From positions 1 to 64,000 of the forward strand of contig NJBH01000012.1 in NCBI GenBank assembly GCA_005223125.1: 64,000 nt of DNA, in the 5' to 3' direction. The position numbers were made by a program, and so were the translations under genes. Below, piece by piece: positions 1 through 9,032 of the stretch. The stretch comes from Promethearchaeota archaeon Loki_b32. Its GTDB lineage: Archaea > Asgardarchaeota > Lokiarchaeia > Sigyniarchaeales > SOKP01. Position 1 is the first letter of the stretch, and the number at the start of each line of letters is the position of its first letter. The notes below the pieces were generated by a model. That model was given only the letters and a program-made list of their open reading frames with translations. It did not search any database and was not told the DNA's origin.

Positions 1-365
1 TCCCTAACTTTTGATTCAATTTTACTCTTTTCCATTCTCCTAATCTTTAACGGGAAAGCAATATTTTTATATACTGTCATATGAGGATAGATTGCGTAAT
101 CTTGAAATACCATGGCTGCATCTCTATTTTGTGGTCTTGTAAATTCTCCACTTTCTGAGGAACTAAGTACTGTTCCTCCCAGTCGGACTTCTCCCTTATT
201 TGGTTTGATCAATCCTGCGATACACATAAGAGTAGTTGTCTTTCCACATCCAGATGGTCCAAGTAAGATAAAAAACTCTCCCTCTTTTATCTCAAGAGAT
301 ACGTCCATAAGAGCTACAGTTTTTCCATATTTTTTCATCAAATTTTTTATAATAACGTTTGTCAT
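1..365 (-). CDS. Sugar ABC transporter ATP-binding subunit (MalK-like), runs off window start
   Basis: Manual translation from ATG at 365: MTNVIIKNLMKKYG...LLGPSGCGKTT (Walker A)...MVFQDYAIYPHMTV; lies downstream of two permeases. Confidence 0.93.
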   Translation of the reverse strand, partial: MTNVIIKNLMKKYGKTVALMDVSLEIKEGEFFILLGPSGCGKTTTLMCIAGLIKPNKGEVRLGGTVLSSSESGEFTRPQNRDAAMVFQDYAIYPHMTVYKNIAFPLKIRRMEKSKIESKVR

Positions 366-377
366 TTCACATCACTT

Positions 378-1232
378 TTAACCTTTAATAGCTCCTGTCA
401 TGAAGCCTTTTATCAGATACTTTCCAAGTACTAAATATACAATTAATGATGGTATAGTGTACCATAAAGTTCCTGCCATTTGAACATTCCACGCAGTAAC
501 AAAACCTCCTTGTAAATTTAACAACGCTACCGAAGCTGGCTGTGATGCGCCTGCTCCTGTTAAAACCAAACCAAAGAGTAAATCATTCCAGATTTGAGTG
601 AATTGCAAAACTGCTGTGACCACGAATGGTGTAACTGAAAGTGGCAATACTACATGAAGATATGTATTCCCTATCCCAGCTCCATCTATTTTAGCTGCAT
701 TTATAAGGCTATCGGGGATACTATCATAGAAACTCTTGAAAAGGAGGGTACATATGGGTATTCCGTATGCAGTATGTGTTAGGATGAGACCAGATATCTC
801 GCCCCATAAACCAAGTTCAATTATAATCTGTACTAGGGGGATAAGTACTGCTTGATAGGGAATGAATATCCCAATGATAATAAAGAGAAATATAGTATTA
901 GCTCCCCTGAACTTGACTTTGGTCAATGCATAACCCGTCATGGAACCTAAAACACAAGATAGAAGCGTGGCAAGTATTGTAAACATAAGACTATTTAAGA
1001 TAGGTCTTCTCAATTCATTAAAAGCCGTTCCAAATGCGTCCAAGGACGGTTTTATAGGTGGTTGTATTGGATTTGAATAAATTAAAGCCTCCTGTGTTTT
1101 TAAAGCAGTCATGACGGCACTCCAAAGAGGAAGGAGAGTTAAAAATACAAAAAGTATGAGCAAAAAATAAAGGAATACTCGTTTAGGATTTGGTAATCTC
1201 TTTTTTTTTGAGCCAATTTTATTTGTTTTCAT
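378..1232 (-). CDS. Carbohydrate ABC transporter permease (MalG-like)
   Basis: EAA-type loop SLINAAKIDGAG, WNDLLFGL motif, multiple TM segments. Confidence 0.93.
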   Translation of the reverse strand: MKTNKIGSKKKRLPNPKRVFLYFLLILFVFLTLLPLWSAVMTALKTQEALIYSNPIQPPIKPSLDAFGTAFNELRRPILNSLMFTILATLLSCVLGSMTGYALTKVKFRGANTIFLFIIIGIFIPYQAVLIPLVQIIIELGLWGEISGLILTHTAYGIPICTLLFKSFYDSIPDSLINAAKIDGAGIGNTYLHVVLPLSVTPFVVTAVLQFTQIWNDLLFGLVLTGAGASQPASVALLNLQGGFVTAWNVQMAGTLWYTIPSLIVYLVLGKYLIKGFMTGAIKG

Positions 1233-2122
1233 TATTTTTCCCTCCTATAGGTCTTGTATAAATATGGTATAACAACTATCATTATAAGCAAGAATAGTAT
1301 AGTGGCGATAGCAGATCCATAGGAAAAATGTTTCTTGCGAAAAACTTCCTTGTACATTGTTAGTGGTAAAATCTCTGTGGTGTATCCAGGACCTCCACCA
1401 GTTAAAATAAATATTAAATCAAATGCTTTGAGAGCAAATACAAGGAGTAAAACAAATCCGGTAAAGATCGGAGCTTTTAATTGAGGGATTATAATACGAT
1501 AATACATCTGAAATCCTGACGCACCATCCACTGCTGCAGCCATAACCTGAGATTCGGGGATGGATCTTATCCCGGCTAGAAAGATTAACATCATATACCC
1601 TGAATATTGCCAAATAAGGACCACACAAACCCAAAACATAGCCCAATCTACATTTTGGATCCAGTCATTCCTAAAAAATCCAAGCCCTATTGACTCCAAT
1701 AAGGTGTTTAAAACTCCTACTCTAACATTATACATCCATCTCCATAAAAATCCGGTAACCACGAAAGAAAGGGTAAAAGGAAGTAGGTAAATAAGTTTAA
1801 AAACATTCTCCTTCCTTACTTTTTGATCGAGCAGTATTGCTAACAAAAGCCCCATAACAAGGCTACCTGGAACAAAAATTAATATTAATACAATGTTATT
1901 CCATAGGGATGTTAAAAATATCTCGTTAGTAAATAATTTTTGATATTGGCCAAACCCTTTAAAATCATAGCTTGGCCTCAAGCCATCCCAATCAGAAAAA
2001 GATACGACTACATTCCAGATGATGCATATATAGATAAAAATTATTACAAGCACTATAGGTATTATAAGAAATAGTATAGTGGATATCTTATCTCTCGTTA
2101 TGATTTTTTTAATAGACACCAT
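1232..2122 (-). CDS. Carbohydrate ABC transporter permease (MalF-like)
   Basis: EAA-type loop QVMAAAVDGAS, TGGGPG motif, 1-bp overlap with next gene. Confidence 0.93.
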   Translation of the reverse strand: MVSIKKIITRDKISTILFLIIPIVLVIIFIYICIIWNVVVSFSDWDGLRPSYDFKGFGQYQKLFTNEIFLTSLWNNIVLILIFVPGSLVMGLLLAILLDQKVRKENVFKLIYLLPFTLSFVVTGFLWRWMYNVRVGVLNTLLESIGLGFFRNDWIQNVDWAMFWVCVVLIWQYSGYMMLIFLAGIRSIPESQVMAAAVDGASGFQMYYRIIIPQLKAPIFTGFVLLLVFALKAFDLIFILTGGGPGYTTEILPLTMYKEVFRKKHFSYGSAIATILFLLIMIVVIPYLYKTYRREK

Positions 2123-2163
2123 TCTTTTAACCCAAATAAACTTTAGTGATATTTAAAGATACT

Positions 2164-2177
2164 AAAAAAAAAAAAAA
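2164..2177 (-). terminator. Oligo-T tract (T14 on minus strand) downstream of the solute-binding protein gene; possible intra-operon terminator
   Basis: A14 run on + strand about 40 nt after the SBP stop; archaeal terminators are U-rich. Confidence 0.4.
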
Positions 2178-2215
2178 TTTTAAATTTTATTAATTTTTTT
2201 CAATGAGGTTTACAT

Positions 2216-3538
2216 TCAGTCTAACGCCCAAACTGTAGTATAATCAGCTATGTTATCGGCTGCAAGGTTAGCTATTGCGGCAGCAGTTGTAGCTTTATTT
2301 GCAGCACCAGTACAAAATGCATTTATTACAGCATTTAATTCTGATGAGAAAGATTGAGGTGCGCCACTTCCATGAACTACGCTTGGGAACATATATGTTA
2401 CAGAAGCAAAGTCAGCACCAGTCCAATCATGATACGGCCCATATAAAGTAAGGTTGGAATCAGTACGCGCAGATATCGAACCTTTTAAAGGATTAAAGGC
2501 ATCTTGACCTTCTTTAGAAGCAACAACCTCTAACCATCTATCTGAATTTTCTGGATTAGCAACACCTGCAGGATGTTGAAAGGCATCAACAACAAGACCA
2601 TACATATTACCGGTTCCAGGCACTGCAATTGTTCCGTAATCATCGTCATACACTGAGTTAGCAACTAAGAACTCTCCATTGGCCCAATCACCCATAATAT
2701 TAAATACGCTATTATCTTGGATTAATAAATCGGTTGCTTCATCCCAACTTAGGCTATCAAAATCATCGTTGGTATAACTCATGAAAGTCGTCAAAATATC
2801 TAAAGCGGCTGAAATATCGGCGTCAGTTGTATTTGTAATTAATCCATTTATCCAATTTTCATAAACATCGATTCCTTGGCTTGCCAGGATTTGCTCGAAA
2901 AGATGTGCTTGTGTCCAAGCGTGTCCTAATGCTATAGCATCTTTACCTGGATTTGCGTCTTCGAATTCAAAACATGCATCAAAAAACGCGGTCCAATTAG
3001 TTAAAGTCTTGGGATCAACACCAACAGCTTCAAGTTCCTTTAAATTATACCATACTACATTAGACCTATGGATATTCACAGGCACCATGTAATAGTCCCC
3101 TTCGAACTGACACATGCTTTGCACTACATCAGGGATGACAGCTTCAAGGTTATTATCAGTCCATATATCATTTATATCTTCTAAAAGATCTGCCTCATAA
3201 TACGCGATACCCTCGTATCCAGCGTGCATCTGGAAAGCATCTGGGGCTTCCCCTGCAAGTACTAAAGCTGTAATAATTGGAATCATTGTTATCCCAGATC
3301 CACCAGATATTGCCCTTTGTTTAACTGTAGTACCAGGATATAAACCTTCAAAAACATCTACTAACGCCCCAATTGCAGCGGCTTCTCCACCTGATGTCCA
3401 CCAGTGGTATATTTCAAGGACATCTGCTTCTCCTTCTTCTGAAGGAGCCAAAATGGCATACATAACTCCTCCTACTATTCCTGCGGTAGCTATTACAGCA
3501 ATAAGGCCAATAATTATACTTTGTTTTTTAGGATCCAT
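2216..3538 (-). CDS. Sugar ABC transporter substrate-binding protein (glucose/mannose-binding family), N-terminal membrane anchor
   Basis: HWWTSGGEAAA, PVNIHRSN, MGDWA and FNPLKGSI motifs typical of glucose-binding SBPs. Confidence 0.9.
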   Translation of the reverse strand: MDPKKQSIIIGLIAVIATAGIVGGVMYAILAPSEEGEADVLEIYHWWTSGGEAAAIGALVDVFEGLYPGTTVKQRAISGGSGITMIPIITALVLAGEAPDAFQMHAGYEGIAYYEADLLEDINDIWTDNNLEAVIPDVVQSMCQFEGDYYMVPVNIHRSNVVWYNLKELEAVGVDPKTLTNWTAFFDACFEFEDANPGKDAIALGHAWTQAHLFEQILASQGIDVYENWINGLITNTTDADISAALDILTTFMSYTNDDFDSLSWDEATDLLIQDNSVFNIMGDWANGEFLVANSVYDDDYGTIAVPGTGNMYGLVVDAFQHPAGVANPENSDRWLEVVASKEGQDAFNPLKGSISARTDSNLTLYGPYHDWTGADFASVTYMFPSVVHGSGAPQSFSSELNAVINAFCTGAANKATTAAAIANLAADNIADYTTVWALD

Positions 3539-3868
3539 TTTTTTTCACTTCTCTTTTATTTATCTTAATAAATTATACAATTTTTTTATTAGATATTTAA
3601 AAATAGTATACACATTTATTAAAGAACATTGGTTTTTAGTCTTACATTTTTTACCAATATGTTAGAAGAATCATATTATACTTTTGGTTTTATTTTATCT
3701 TGCTGTTTGGGATTTTTGCTAATTTTTTTTGGGAACACAACATAACGCTGTCAAGCTTGTATTAGAGAGGGGATATGAAAAATATGTACCTAATAGACTC
3801 TTTAATATTACATATATAATCTTTTATTTATTATTTTTAACTTATTTATTTTTCTGGGGCTTTAAAAC

Positions 3869-4562
3869 GTGGTTAAGGAGTTTATAAAAAAATATTTCTC
3901 AATTATTCCATATCAGAATATTAAGAATAAAAACCAGCTAATGACATTATCATCTAAATATCATGAGTTGCCAAAACAGATTGAAAATAATTTTAAAAAT
4001 ATTTTTGAAAACGAAGATGAATATGAAAATGTTTTAAATGAATTAATAAAAACTCCATGTTCAAATCCTTCTGAATTTTTTGATCTCTATGATGAATTAA
4101 AACATGAAATTATTGAATTGGAATTTAAAGAGTCAAAGGAAGAAGAAAAAAAAATATATTTAGAATAATTGAAAATAGAATGAATATGAAGTAATTGTTT
4201 TAATCTCTTCAATAATTAATAATATCTCTTTTAATTAATAATGAAAATTTTATCAAATTAATTAAATTTTAAAAAGAACCAAAGAACCATATGGATTTTC
4301 AATATAAAATTTTTTTTCCATAAGATTTCAAAGCTGTAATTAAAATTTTAAAATGTTTGTCGGAAGATATCCATTATAGATTGGTGGCTTAACTGCATTA
4401 AAATTAAATTTTGTGATTAAGTCATTTGGCATCAAAGTAAAAACTATCATCTTTGATAAAGAGGATGAATTTAATCCTTCCAGTAATTATTATATGGATA
4501 ATTATATCTTGGATGTGTTATATTCCATTATATTTCCTATATTGGGAGTGTTAAAAAGATGA
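3869..4562 (+). pseudogene. Degraded coding remnant(s) of unknown function
   Basis: 99-aa acidic ORF 3869-4168 followed by stop-riddled coding-like sequence; frame 4353-4562 is open except for one TAG at 4377-4379. Confidence 0.35.
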
Positions 4563-4644
4563 AAGATAAGTAAATATTGATTATTTTTTAAATTTTTTCA
4601 TACAAATTATTAAATTCTTTTGTTTCAATTTTTAATTATTAAGA

Positions 4645-5052
4645 TTGTTTTTAGAGAAAATAATGAAGATTGAACATATTGCTATTTGGACAAGCAATAT
4701 AGAAGAACTTAAGTTATTTTATGAAAAATATTTTAACGCAAAATCCTCCCAAAAGTATATCAATAAAAACAAGCAATTTGAATCTTATTTTTTAAAATTT
4801 GATTCTGGAGCAAGACTTGAGTTGATGAGTATGAACTCAATTCCAGAAACCAAAAATGACGTGTTTGTCCAATTTACTGGTTTAATTCATATAGCCATCT
4901 CAACAGGCGCGAAAGAAAGAGTTGATGCATTGACACGGCAATTAAAAAATGATGGTTTTCAAATCTTAGATGCTCCCCGAATAACTGGAGATGGTTATTA
5001 TGAAAGTATCGTATTAGATCCAGATGGAAATAGAATTGAAATTACTGTTTAA
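4645..5052 (+). CDS. VOC/glyoxalase family protein
   Basis: IEHIAIW...LELM...HIAIS...YYESIVLDPDGNRIEI motifs; likely start at the ATG near 4663. Confidence 0.9.
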   Translation: MFLEKIMKIEHIAIWTSNIEELKLFYEKYFNAKSSQKYINKNKQFESYFLKFDSGARLELMSMNSIPETKNDVFVQFTGLIHIAISTGAKERVDALTRQLKNDGFQILDAPRITGDGYYESIVLDPDGNRIEITV

Positions 5053-5278
5053 AATACTCCCCTCTATAATTAAGGGTGGAGATTCTTTCTTCACAGAAAA
5101 TCGCCTAAAAAAGATTCGAGAATCTTGATAAATCTTACATCTTCTCCAAAAATTCAACTTCCCGTTGTTCCTAAGGTAATAATATCATTATTCCTAATGA
5201 TTGTGATATTTTTCTTTTTTTTTAAATTCTTATTCCTTCAAATACAAGATTAATCGAAGCATCCTCGTCCAAATCCGA

Positions 5279-5458
5279 TTAGTTAAAATACTGATAAATT
5301 AAATTAAGATCTAATCTTGAAACCCCGGGTAAATAATTTTTTAGATCCTCTAATTCTGTCAAAGTACTATTATCTTCCGGAACTAATCCTTAAAGAGAAG
5401 CGAGGAGCATCTCCCCTGAAATTCCAGAGTTATTCATATCAATATATAATATTCTCAT
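5279..5458 (-). pseudogene. larC: N-terminal remnant of LarC-like nickel insertion protein (DUF111)
   Basis: Manual translation MRILYIDMNNSGISGEMLLASL*GLVP matches the LarC N-terminal pattern (ILYxDxxxSGISGDMxLxAL); in-frame TAA at 5390-5392, second stop at 5279-5281. Confidence 0.7.
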
Positions 5459-5588
5459 TTTGTTATTTTGTATAGATTGGTATAATACTCGATAATTAAA
5501 GTGATAACAATTTTATAATTATATTATCTTTTTAATAATATTAAGAATTATTAAAAATAAATTATATTTTCAATTTTAGGGCACAGAT

Positions 5589-6323
5589 ATGTCAGAACTG
5601 CAAACGCTAAAATGTTACTTGAACCAATTACCCGCAACTCTGCTAAAATTATTAAATATTGAACCCCCCCATGGTACTATCCCTGAGGCAGTTCAACGAA
5701 TTTTAGATTTATATCAAGGAATCGAACGTATTAGTATAAATTTAATAGATAATTTCGGTCTATTTGAAATCACCTATCTTAAACCTCAATTTATGATTGC
5801 TAGCTCTGAAGTAATGTTATTGCTAAGTACTAAAAATCCTTACACATTAGGAGTACTACACCAATTAATCTATGGCGGTTTTGAAGTTGAACCAAATGGA
5901 TTTCACCTTTTGAAAGCTTTAAATAATGGTGGGAAGACATCTTGTTTTATTGGGAGGAAAAAAGATATTGAAAGATATGACGGTGGTACAAAATCTATTG
6001 CCAAGGACACTGATATGAGTACTTGGGTTGAATCTGCGAAAGTTATTAATACTCATGACCTTTCATGGATGCATTATTTGGATTTTGAGAATCTACATAA
6101 ACAACAACAACAATTACGACAAAGAACCCCGGAGGATTTGATTGAAAAATTAATAAATAGAACTGATAAATGGATTTTGGGTAATTACAAACAACTCAGA
6201 CCTAATTCATTAATGATTATTATTGGTGATCATGGTAGGGATAAACTTGATCTTACATATTCAGAAAAGCTCTCGCAATGGAGGCAAGCAAGTGTACCAA
6301 TTGCTATCTTTATAAAAAAATAA
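5589..6323 (+). CDS. Alkaline phosphatase/PglZ-superfamily metalloenzyme
   Basis: LIDNFG, YLDFENLH and IIGDHG metal-binding motifs. Confidence 0.65.
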   Translation: MSELQTLKCYLNQLPATLLKLLNIEPPHGTIPEAVQRILDLYQGIERISINLIDNFGLFEITYLKPQFMIASSEVMLLLSTKNPYTLGVLHQLIYGGFEVEPNGFHLLKALNNGGKTSCFIGRKKDIERYDGGTKSIAKDTDMSTWVESAKVINTHDLSWMHYLDFENLHKQQQQLRQRTPEDLIEKLINRTDKWILGNYKQLRPNSLMIIIGDHGRDKLDLTYSEKLSQWRQASVPIAIFIKK

Positions 6324-6367
6324 TTTTTTTATTATACTTTAATTTTATAATTTTCTAGTTGCTTAAA

Positions 6368-6874
6368 ATGGAGGAATATAAACGCTTTACGATTTCTCTT
6401 CCTCAAGAACTATACGAAAAATTTGAGGAATTTAGAAATAAGATAGGAATATCAAGATCTGACGCCATTAGAAAAGCTATGCATCTTTTTATGATTCAAG
6501 AAGAAAATATTTCTGTGGTATCGGAAAATGTCGTTGGTTGTATAACTATAATGATGACTCATGGACATGTCGATCTAAATCATGAGCATTTTCATAGTGA
6601 TTTACATGATTCTGATCATGACCATGATTATAGCTCAAAACCTATATATGCAAATGTTCAACAAACAGATGAAATCTTAAAAAATGATATTCAACATCAT
6701 TTTCATGATATTATTATTTCTACGATGCACGTTCACTTAGAATATGAAAAGTGTCTTGAAATAATAGCTGTATCAGGGTCATATGAACGTGTGAAAAAAT
6801 TAAAAGACGATCTTCAGAGATTAAAAAGTGTGTTATCAATGGGGTTTTTTCTAATTGATAAAGATATCTCTTAA
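6368..6874 (+). CDS. nikR: Nickel-responsive regulator NikR with His-rich insertion
   Basis: RHH N-terminus (RFTISLP...SRSDAIRKA); Ni ligands in QHHFHD...HVHL...CLE. Confidence 0.88.
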   Translation: MEEYKRFTISLPQELYEKFEEFRNKIGISRSDAIRKAMHLFMIQEENISVVSENVVGCITIMMTHGHVDLNHEHFHSDLHDSDHDHDYSSKPIYANVQQTDEILKNDIQHHFHDIIISTMHVHLEYEKCLEIIAVSGSYERVKKLKDDLQRLKSVLSMGFFLIDKDIS

Positions 6875-7105
6875 AAAATAAAATTGATTTTTTTAGAAAG
6901 GAGTAAAAATAAGAATAAAATATTCCATTCCTATTAGAAAGAGTATAAGGTATAAGGCGATTTGGTTAGGAATTTTTATTCTTTATTTATTATTTGTGGG
7001 TTGTGTGTGTAATTAGAAAATCATAATTCAGAAATTAAAAGATCTATAGAGTATAAAATTATTAATTTACATTAAACAATTGTCTAACTAAAAAATGAAT
7101 AAAAC

Positions 7106-7119
7106 AAAAAAAAAAAAAA
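7106..7119 (-). terminator. Oligo-T terminator downstream of the histone gene
   Basis: T14 on minus strand, 18 nt after the stop. Confidence 0.5.
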
Positions 7120-7136
7120 TTAAACTTTAATTGAGA

Positions 7137-7334
7137 TTATAAATCTTTCTCTTGAACAGTTTTCCTATTATTTGCTTTAGCCCTTGCAATTGCTTTGTCA
7201 AGAACATCAATAATAACATTGTTAAGTGCTGGACCATCAATCAAGTCCCCACTTGTGTTGCATTCCTTACCTTTGATATATTCTCGAACCTTACTCTTTA
7301 CAAAAAGGGCATCAAAAGCTGCTTTTTTAGCCAT
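7137..7334 (-). CDS. Short histone-fold protein (alpha3/face-to-face or Bd0055-like type)
   Basis: LFVKSKVREYIK...NTS...LDKAIARAKANNRKTVQEKDL: histone-fold RKTV..D signature with truncated alpha3; GGAGG SD at 7344-7348. Confidence 0.85.
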   Translation of the reverse strand: MAKKAAFDALFVKSKVREYIKGKECNTSGDLIDGPALNNVIIDVLDKAIARAKANNRKTVQEKDL

Positions 7335-7405
7335 TTTTTTATTCCTCCTTTAATGATTTAAGAATGTTTTAAATAAATTATTTAATTTATATTCCGTCTT
7401 CCTTA

Positions 7406-7420
7406 TTTTTAAACTTTAAG
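7406..7420 (-). promoter_or_regulatory. Putative BRE/TATA box for the histone gene
   Basis: Minus strand CTTAAAG-TTTAAAAA about 70 nt upstream of the ATG. Confidence 0.35.
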
Positions 7421-7584
7421 GTTAGATCATCTTAAACGATGAATAACAACCTTCTAAATGCAATTTTTATTCCTCCAAAATTGTGTAAAAATTGAAGCAG
7501 ATTTTAAAATTAATGATAAATTTAGTAAGATATAGCATATTCCATATTGGAAATGATTGAATTGATTAAAAAATTAGGGATTTT

Positions 7585-7911
7585 TTGATGGAACCTGTTT
7601 CTCTTAATGGAAAATGGAAATGTAAATCTGATGTTGATAATTTAGGAATTGAAAACAAGTGGTACATCCCAGAAAATTTCAATAAAAGTGATAATAGAAA
7701 AGGTATAGTAAGTGGAGAGAATAACGAGAAGAAGCTTATATATTACAGAATCCCCAAGATATTAAATGAAAAAAGGAATGTCTTAAATATAAAGACAATA
7801 GGCATTATTCTTTGGATTGTTTTATTTCCATTTACATTCTTTATTTTCACTCGCTTGATTGACTATTTTCTTAAATATTTTGAGCTCAGACCAGATTACT
7901 TAAATCAATAA
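7585..7911 (+). pseudogene. GH2 (beta-glucuronidase-like) gene with nearly all internal sequence deleted
   Basis: GH2 N-terminus (SLNGKWK..D..G....WY) joined directly to a C-terminal NRKGIVS...K motif and a TM helix. Confidence 0.6.
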
Positions 7912-7959
7912 AATCTTATCACTAATATAGTAACTAGAATAATTTTTATCCAATGTGAT

Positions 7960-8985
7960 ATGTCTTTGAGTAATATTATTTTTTCAAGAGCCCCAGTTCG
8001 AATATGTGACATTGGTGGTTGGACAGATACTTGGTTTTATCCAAAGGGCGCTGTTTTTAATATTTGTATTGATCTCTTTAGTCATGTCAGGATTGTTCCC
8101 ATTAATACAGATAATATTAAAATTATTTCAGAGAATCTTAATTTACGAGTAGAAATCCAAGATATTCGCGAAATAGAGTACAATGGAAATCTTGATTTGT
8201 TGAAAGCGGCAGTAAAAAGGATGGGTATAAAAAGGGGGATAAATATCTATATTAATGCAGATGTTCCTCCCGGTTGTGGAACAGGTACTAGTGCTAGCGT
8301 ATCAGTGGCCTTAATTGCAGCACTAGCTCGTTTTTCTTCTAAGAACCTAACTCCAAGTGAAATAGCACAATTAGCTCATGAGCTTGAAATTGATGAATTA
8401 AACCTGGAAAGTGGTGTCCAAGATCAATATGCGGCTGCTTTTGGTGGAATAAATTTAATGGAAATCGATTACCCCTCAGTTAAAGTTTCTCAAATAAAAC
8501 TTGACGACGATATGGTGAGTCAACTTGAAAAACAAATAATTCTTGTTTATTTGAGTTCAAGAAGTTCAAATGAAATGCATAAGGGAGTAATTCAAAATTA
8601 TCAAAATAAAGATAATTCAACAATAAAATCTCTAGAAATCATAAAAAATTGTGCATTTGAAATGACTACTGCGATTAAATCGAAAAATCTTGATTTAATG
8701 GGGAAGATTATGAATAAGAATTGGGAAGCTCAAAAAAAATTGCATCCATCTATGATTAATCCTCTTATTAAAAAAGCTGAATATACAGCTAAGAAACATG
8801 GAGCAATTGGTTTCAAATTGAATGGTGCGGGAGGGGGTGGTTCAGCAACAATATTGGCGGACATTGGAGCTGAATATAAATTAAAAAGAAAATTAATTGA
8901 GGAAGGGTTTCAAATTCATTCTATCAAATTAAACTTGCATGGTGTTCAAACTTGGATGGATGAAAGTAATAACAATTTTAGTTAA
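7960..8985 (+). CDS. GHMP kinase, HddA-like (heptose-7-phosphate/sugar kinase)
   Basis: RAPVRI..GGWTD, PPGCGTGTS, GVQDQY, GAGGGG motifs. Confidence 0.88.
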   Translation: MSLSNIIFSRAPVRICDIGGWTDTWFYPKGAVFNICIDLFSHVRIVPINTDNIKIISENLNLRVEIQDIREIEYNGNLDLLKAAVKRMGIKRGINIYINADVPPGCGTGTSASVSVALIAALARFSSKNLTPSEIAQLAHELEIDELNLESGVQDQYAAAFGGINLMEIDYPSVKVSQIKLDDDMVSQLEKQIILVYLSSRSSNEMHKGVIQNYQNKDNSTIKSLEIIKNCAFEMTTAIKSKNLDLMGKIMNKNWEAQKKLHPSMINPLIKKAEYTAKKHGAIGFKLNGAGGGGSATILADIGAEYKLKRKLIEEGFQIHSIKLNLHGVQTWMDESNNNFS

Positions 8986-9032
8986 ATCGGTTAAAAATTG
9001 AAAAGTTTGTGATTTTTATAGTTCTTTTTTAA

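Noticed and set aside
4353-4562. ORF with a single in-frame TAG as a possible pyrrolysine gene
   Set aside because: Lies in a region full of stops, no recognisable family, and no pyl genes in the window; decay is the simpler explanation
3761-5070. Imperfect inverted repeat ATTAGAGAGGGGATAT (3761-3776) / ATACTCCCCTCTATAAT (5054-5070) bracketing the decayed region and VOC gene, resembling transposon ends
   Set aside because: The core is GAGGGG, the SD-like sequence also seen at other gene starts here; no transposase or target-site duplication visible
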